From: Mobula hypostoma | Lineage: Eukaryota | Assembly: GCF_963921235.1 (NCBI RefSeq) | Contig: NC_086107.1 | Span: 113,338,001-113,402,000, forward strand | Reading direction: 5' to 3' | Length of the DNA stretch: 64,000 nt | Shown: piece by piece, positions 60,500 to 64,000 of the stretch | How the letters are laid out: every line of letters begins with the position of its first letter | How positions within the stretch are numbered: the stretch's first letter is position 1 | Notes under the pieces: generated by a model | The model's database searches: none | The model's input: only the letters and a program-made list of their open reading frames with translations | Told to the model about the DNA's origin: nothing | Position numbers and translations under genes: made by a program

Positions 60500-62750
60500 T
60501 CATAACTGACGTTTTGATGACCAACTCTGCCATCTTTATCAGGCATGTCCAGTCTGGTGGTATTTATAGCCTGCAGTCCTTCCCTCCTGATTGGTTAGTC
60601 CTCATCCAATCATGTTCTTGCTCTTGCACCTTGTTTACATTCAAATTCCAGTTCTTACTTAGACTTGGACCTTTGTCTTTGTTAAAATTCTTTTCCTCTG
60701 GTTTTACTTCAATGACTTCCTTCACCAGGCAGTCCCAGCACCCATTGGTGCTGCACAGTAATTTTGTGCCATCGAGGTCAACCCTATGGCCATTGTGAAT
60801 ACAATGTTCTGCTACCGCAGATTTCTCTAGGTAACCCAAAAAGATACACCTCCTGTGGTCCTTGATGCGGGTTTCCACAGTGTGTCCCATCTGACCGATA
60901 TACACTGCTCTGAATTCACAGGGAATCTTGTAAATGCCAGCCATCCTGAGTCCCAGGTCATCTTTGACCTGCATAAGCTGTGATTTGAGCTTCCTTACGG
61001 ATTTGTGGATGGTATTAATCTGGTATTTCTTCAGAAACCATGGAAATATAGGGAAGACAGGCAGTAGGGCTCCCCTCATTGTTAAGTTTCCTGTTTTTTC
61101 CATCAGCCTTTTTGTGCGTAACAGTCTTATTTCCCCAGGAAGATTCTCCTGGTCTGAAAAAGTTTTTGCATGGATAAGCAAAGTCGAAAGAGCTGCTCTG
61201 CATTGGGAGACATGATGGTGACTGATATTGTTGAGGTACAAGTCCGTGTGAGTGTGTTTCTGACTGACACCATGTCCGAGGCTACTATCCAGTTTCTGTT
61301 GTATTAGAATGTCCAGGAATGGGAGGCAACCATTCTTCTCCATCAGCATCGTAAATCGAATGCTTGGATGTATACTGTTCAGATGGTCGTGAACCGTTGA
61401 AGTGCCTGGAGTCCATGAGGCCACACTGCGAAGGTGTCTTCGACAGACATCCCACCTCTCCCGGAAGTTATGGGAGTCTCCCACATATTGATAGCGGCTC
61501 CCTGATGCTCACAAATTATATACCATATCCTGGAAATCAATTTTTTTGAGAGCGAGCGAGAGAGAGAGCAAGAGAGTGCCACAGCGGAGTGTTCCAAAAA
61601 AAGAAAATATAAAACGTACGTCACCCCAGACTACACTAAAATGTACCCCTGCCTAATAGGGGTCAAAAATAATGACAGTGTTGCTCGCTGCACTGTTTGC
61701 AACAGTGACTTTTCTATTGCCCATGGTGGGTTAAGACTGTAAAAGACATGTTGAGGTGAGTTTAACAGTCATTCATTCGTTAGCATAGCTAACGTTATTT
61801 AAACTAGCTGGCTAGCTGCTCAGGAGCTACTCTATTGCAGACATCCCAACTCTCCCGGAAGTTCCGGGAGTCTCCCGCGAATTGATGGTGCTACCTCCCT
61901 GAAATGAGTTTTTGCAGGGTGGGATGCATCTGAAGCAGGATTTGGGGTGTAAGGGCGATGAACTCAGAGCCCTCTCCACAAAGTCCTCCGTGGAGAAATT
62001 ATCAATAATGGGTGACAAGGGCGTTCCCATGGCCTCTTGTTCATAGTAGTTCCCCTTACTGAGGAAGTTCATCGATGTAAGGATGTATTCAAAAAGGTCA
62101 GTGGTGGCCTTACGAAACCTTGACCGCAGGAGGGCCAAGCTGTCCTTAATGGGAACTCTCATGAACAGGGACACCACGTTGAAACTGACCACTATGTCCT
62201 CTGGGTTCAGCTGGATGTTGGTGAATTGTTTTAATGAAGACAGTTGAATTCGTGATGTGATGCTCAGAGTCCCTAACAAAGTCGTTAAATGCTTAGCAAG
62301 GTAGTAAGTTGGAGAATCTATTCCACTGACAAGGGGACTCGGGGGGGGGGAGTCCCTCCTTGTGTGTCTTAGGGAATCCGTAAAGTCTTGGTGGTACTGG
62401 TGCCTGAGGCTGTCCAGCCTTGCATATGTCTGCTGGCAGTCCAGATTTCTCCAGTAAAGCGGAGGTCAACGTCAGAATCAAATCTGTGAGATCCTGCTGT
62501 AGAACTTCATAGGTGGGATCATCCAGAACCTGTTGGACTTTCCTGTGGAATTCCTCCGAGGACATCAAGAGCGTTGCATTTGCTTTGTCCGCTGGTAAAA
62601 TCGTGATGGCTGGATTTCGCTGTAGTGCCTGGAAGGCCAGCTGCTCTCCTTTCATGAAGGTAATACAGATTCTCTCTGTGCCTCCCTGATCATTATTACT
62701 AAGGGGTACATCCATGTAATGCTACACATACGAGTGCACAGTCACACATC
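60500..62750 (-). mobile_element. Poseidon-type Penelope-like element, degraded RT plus GIY-YIG
   Basis: ILPADKANAT, PRLYGFPKTHK, VSFNVVSLF, AMGTPLSPII, LPFLD, GIYKIPC...VYIGQ.G..VETRIKDH...SAVAEH; split by a MITE at 61444-61931. Confidence 0.88.
61444..61931 (+). mobile_element. hAT-type MITE, inverted copy of the 11.7-kb element, inserted in the Penelope RT
   Basis: Near-identical reverse complement of 11730-12245. Confidence 0.72.
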
Positions 62751-63384
62751 CCCAATGGGCTTAATGATTACTTAGTGAGGAATGTCCTAACCGCCTCTTT
62801 CCCTGCGCAAGGGAAGAGCGAAATGTGATTCCTCCTTGGTAATACTTTTTTTTTAAATTTTATTTTTATTTGGATAAGGAGTTCACAATTATCATGTACT
62901 TTTTTCACACATATAACCTTTTCCATTTTTTTATATGTATAAAACTACAATTATTTATACATTCTTAAGTACACATTGAGATGATATAAAAGCAAAATAA
63001 ACATTTAAATAGATAATTATGTACTGTGGTAAATCTAACCTATTAGGCTAAGTAATACTAAGCTAAAATGGCAGTCTGCAAGACAGAATGGTGTTAGCTT
63101 AGAGTGGGACTGTTTTGAGAAAGTAAAAGCAGTACAAGACTACAGCCATGATAGTGGACACCACACCTGAGGAAGGTGAGACCATGCTGCAGGTGCAGGT
63201 ACCAAATGCATGGGAAAGTACGAGTGTAAAGGGGCTTGAAGGGTAGAACAACGGGCAATTCCTTTGCATGAGGGAGGGAAGGAGGGGGATAGAAAAAGGG
63301 GAGAATCCTCTCTCAGGACTAGTGGTAGCACTAGGAGGTGGAGAAGATAGGGATAAGTATGTCGAGATGGTGAGAGTACGTTGG

Positions 63385-64000
63385 GGGGGAGGGGAAGAGA
63401 GAGAGGGAAGGAAGGGGGGATAGGGGGGGTGAGAGGGAGGAGGTGGTGAGAGGTGGAGGTGGTGAGGGGGAGATGGTGAGGGGGAGGTGGTGAGAGGGGG
63501 TGAGGGAGGGGGAGAGGAGGAAGAAGGGGTGAGGGGGGTGAGGAGGGGGGCTAGAGGGAGGAAGGGGGTGAGAGGGGAGAGGGGTGTGAGGGAGAGAAGG
63601 GGGTGTGTGGGAGAGAGGGGGGTGTGAGGGAGAGAGGGGGGTGTGAGGGAGAGAAGGGGTGAGGGAGAAAGGGGTGTGTGGGAGAGAGGGGGGTGAGGGA
63701 GAGAGGGGGTGAGGGAGAGAGGGGTGAGGGAGAGAGGGGGGTGAGGGAGAGAGGGGGTGAGGGAGAGAGGGGGAGGGAGAGAGGGGGTGAGGGAGAGAGC
63801 GGGGTGAGGGAAAGAGGGGGGTGAGGGAGAGAGGGGGGTGTGAGGGAGAGAGGGGGGTGTGAGGGAGAGAAGGGGTTGTGTGGGAGAGAGGGGGGTGTGA
63901 GGGAGAGAGGGGTGTGAGGGAGAGAGGGGGGTGAGGGAGAGAGGGGTGAGGGAGAGAGGGGGGTGAGGGAGAGAGGGGGGTGTGAGGGAGAGAGGGGGTG
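63385..64000. repeat. G/A-rich tandem repeat (GAGGGAGAGAGGGGG(G)T(GT))n running off the window; shorter purine tract at about 57287-57395
   Basis: Directly visible, almost no C on the + strand. Confidence 0.95.

Noticed and set aside
55546..64000. Search for upstream TM/SEA exons, including gtgagt at about 59466 and gtaagt at about 60237
   Set aside because: The adjacent translations do not resemble SEA or TM sequence; the real exons are probably beyond 64000.

Overview
Eukaryotic, repeat-saturated vertebrate DNA. The repeat repertoire (CR1/HER1-type LINEs, V-SINEs, Penelope pLTR repeats) suggests a cartilaginous fish, probably a ray; this is inference. The only host gene is a minus-strand type II transmembrane serine protease matching matriptase-2 (TMPRSS6). 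I found 13 consecutive coding exons between 55545 and 4319, all GT-AG and phase-compatible, joining into a stop-free 1750-nt frame: SEA (part), CUB1, CUB2, three LDLRa repeats, the R|IVGG activation site, and the protease His and Asp exons. The 5' exons (TM, start of SEA) and the last two protease exons (catalytic Ser) were not found and probably lie outside the window. The introns are nested transposon debris: CR1, Rex1/Babar, L1, a HERO-like RLE element, Neptune- and Poseidon-type Penelope elements, two Tc1 copies, hAT and Tigger MITEs, solo LTRs and SINEs. The most interesting signals are: (1) a 55-nt inverted copy of the catalytic-His exon end plus its 5' splice site, captured inside a Penelope fold-back in the preceding intron, which could pair with the pre-mRNA and places an A-C mismatch at exon position -2; (2) many minimal type I hammerhead ribozyme motifs in the Penelope repeats, some in pre-mRNA sense; (3) protein differences from mammalian matriptase-2 (a G-S SEA autocleavage-type motif, Ser at S2 residue 99, one shedding Arg lost, an odd Cys in CUB2). 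Comparisons to the human protein, exon numbering and repeat family names come from recalled knowledge and need checking by alignment. Repeat boundaries are approximate unless a TSD or TIR is quoted.
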